Shown: in pieces, positions 61,974 through 64,000 of the stretch | Layout: each line of letters begins with the position of its first letter | How positions within the stretch are numbered: position 1 is the first letter of the stretch | Assembly: GCF_006345805.1 (NCBI RefSeq) | Contig: NC_042997.1 | Location: 76,074,001 to 76,138,000, forward strand | Direction of reading: 5' to 3' | Length of the DNA stretch: 64,000 nt | Origin: Octopus sinensis | Taxonomy: Eukaryota | Translations under genes and position numbers: made by a program | The notes under the pieces: model-generated | The model's input: the letters and a program-made list of their open reading frames with translations, nothing else | Database searches by the model: none | What the model was told of the DNA's origin: nothing

Positions 61974-62126
61974 TTAAATACTAAGAACAATAAAGGTAGT
62001 TACAATTCACTAAAACAAAGCATGGAGACACATTAAGATATTAGTTTCAAATTTTGGCATAAGGCCAGCAATTTTGGGGTTGAGAGTAAGTTGATTACAT
62101 CAACCACAGTGCTCGGACTAGGCTAA

Positions 62127-63214
62127 CCTTTTCGTTACTATATTTCTGACCAAAATACACCCCTTATGTGTTTCAATTAATTTCTAACGTAATCATAAAT
62201 TTAGTCTGGTTTCATTAAACAACTATAACTTTTTTATTTATCAATATATTAATATGATTTTTGGAAGATAATTTAATGAAAGGTTCTCAACCAATTCTAT
62301 ACTATAATTTTTGTCACAAAGTGACTCTAATTGCAGGTAGATACAGGTAAATTCAACAAAATATAAAATTATTAAAATTTTGTTCAAACATCGCTATAGA
62401 AAATGGGTTATCAGCTAATATTCAATTGGGTATACAACAAAATTTTACGATAGAATATGTTATTCTGGGTAACTTTCTGATACCCATAATAATATTTATG
62501 GCAAAATAGTCTTAATTTCATTTAAGGTTGTGGGAAACCACTAACTATCCTTTCTTTCGCTTTGTTTACATTTAGCGTAACGGTTCGTTTCCGCTGTAAT
62601 GATTTCAAATAGGCTCATTCGAAAAAGTAAAAAGAAATAGTCTAAGGCTTTACTCTCCTGGGAAAGTCTGTGGCTTGGTCCAGTTTCTTCAGAAAAATCA
62701 CCGAAAGAAACAGCTTTTAAATTTTCACTCCATTCAGGTGCCAATTCATTTTCTTTATCGCTGTCAGAGCTCTCGGATTCACTGTTTTCACTTTCGGAAA
62801 ATGAAACATCAGATTCATTATCAAATACCACGTGCTTTTTTTCTTTTCAGTCATAGAGTTAGATTTATGAAGGTCTTCAGTAGAAAATCCTTCGAATTCT
62901 GACTCGCTGCTTGATATAATGAAATTCATATCCATTTTTTGTCAGAATTACAAATTTTGAAAACACAATAGGAACAAATTTCGGAAAAAAATCTCCCAAA
63001 ATTCACGGAATTAAAATTACACTTCGATCTTTGTACAAAACTGTAGTTGAAGTGTTTACGAAGTATAATACGTGTTTTCACGAATGTACTAAAGAGATTT
63101 GCTCTGATATTCTCATTTAAATATGAATAGGTAAATACGGGCGGGTTTGGGCAGTTTGGTCACATTAACCAAAATTTTTTTCGAGTGGCTTTGGGCGGTT
63201 TGGTAACGAAAGGG
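62127..63214 (-). mobile_element. internally deleted piggyBac transposon
   Basis: TIRs (c)taa|ccttttcgttac ... gtaacgaaaggg|ttaa. Acidic N-terminus and FSEETGPSHRL..ALDYFFLLF..IITAETNRYA (piggyBac transposase N-terminal region). Confidence 0.8.
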
Positions 63215-63407
63215 TTAAACTAGATAAATTAAGCCCACCACAGACCCTATCAAATTTCTCTCACATGGGTTTTGTTAATCACACAGCCATAGGTGTCTTT
63301 GTTTAAGTCAAACTAATTCAGATTGGTGAATGTGTGGGTACATGTGTACTAAGAATTAATAGTTTGTAATTGTGTGTGTACAGTCATTAGGAAATTCAAA
63401 TACAGTA

Positions 63408-63790
63408 ATTTACATTTGACAGATATTTGTCCTCATCTTGTTTGTTGTTAACACAACGTTTCAGCTGATATATCCTCCAGCCTTCATCAGGTGACTGCAT
63501 GGAATCGAACACAGAATCTTGGGGTTAGTAACCCATGGGCATATGTCATAGTGGTTAAGAGGGCGGGCTACTAACCCCAAGATTCCAAGTTCGATTCCAG
63601 ACAGTGACCTGAATAATAATAACATCAAAAAAATACCTTAGGAATGAGAACCCAGGTTCAAAATTTCCCCAAGACACCTGATGAAGGCTGGAGGGTGTAT
63701 CAGCCAAAACATTGTGTTAACAACGAATAAGATGAGGACAAATATCCGTCTAATGTAAATAATGTTCATAATTCCTCATCTCTTAAATAC
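63408..63790. mobile_element. head-to-head pair of tRNA-headed, HHR-tailed short elements (plus copy 63537-~63790; minus, internally deleted copy 63408-63534)
   Basis: A-box-like tgtcatagtgg, loop ggg-ctactaa-ccc, B box gttcgattcc; downstream acac CTGATGA a ggctg..cagcc..gtgt. Confidence 0.75.
63451..63493 (-). ncRNA. minimal type I hammerhead ribozyme with intact core
   Basis: cac CTGATGA a ggctg-gaggatatat-cagct GAAA cg TT gtg; stem III is the palindrome AACGTT. Confidence 0.7.
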
Positions 63791-64000
63791 AGAACTGTCA
63801 AATGCAGTAACTTTAAAATATTTTACACATATCTGTATTTGGAGAATTTGAGCTAGTTTGCTTTGTTGTTTCTAGGTAAATCCAGCATTTCCAGGTTTTT
63901 ATGTAAATCTTATTATCTACATCAGTGCATCTATAATAATTGGTATAAATGAAAATGTATAGCCAAGATATAAGAGCTATAAGTTTTTGATGATATGAAC

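Noticed and set aside
63537-63612. Functional tRNA gene
   Set aside because: Acceptor and anticodon stems are poorly paired, the ACT anticodon is unusual, and it is embedded in a repeated unit; treated as a SINE head.

Overview
Eukaryotic, AT-rich, repeat-saturated genomic DNA. The repeat families and (TA)n/(CA)n load suggest an octopod cephalopod, which is inference rather than a database result. The only host gene found is a minus-strand EDEM3-like GH47 alpha-mannosidase. It has three phase-compatible exons (61611-61650, 30668-30780, 27904-28057) separated by a 30.8 kb and a 2.6 kb intron; no further exon was found in 1-27903. Everything else is intronic mobile DNA: many RTE LINEs of at least three lineages (one BovB-like copy with an 11-bp TSD), several Penelope-like elements (PLEs), tRNA-derived SINEs, Helitrons, mariner, DD37D and piggyBac remnants, an internally deleted Gypsy with both LTRs, and a Copia remnant. 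The most notable layer is RNA-structural. About ten type I hammerhead-ribozyme (HHR) motifs or remnants occur in PLE tails and short repeats. Two have unusually long stem II insertions (59 and 86 nt), and one sits in a short element that couples a tRNA-derived Pol III head to an HHR tail. Many of these elements carry an inverted copy of their own 3' end, giving a series of long foldback hairpins inside a gene's introns. All HHR calls were folded by eye and none is experimentally tested.
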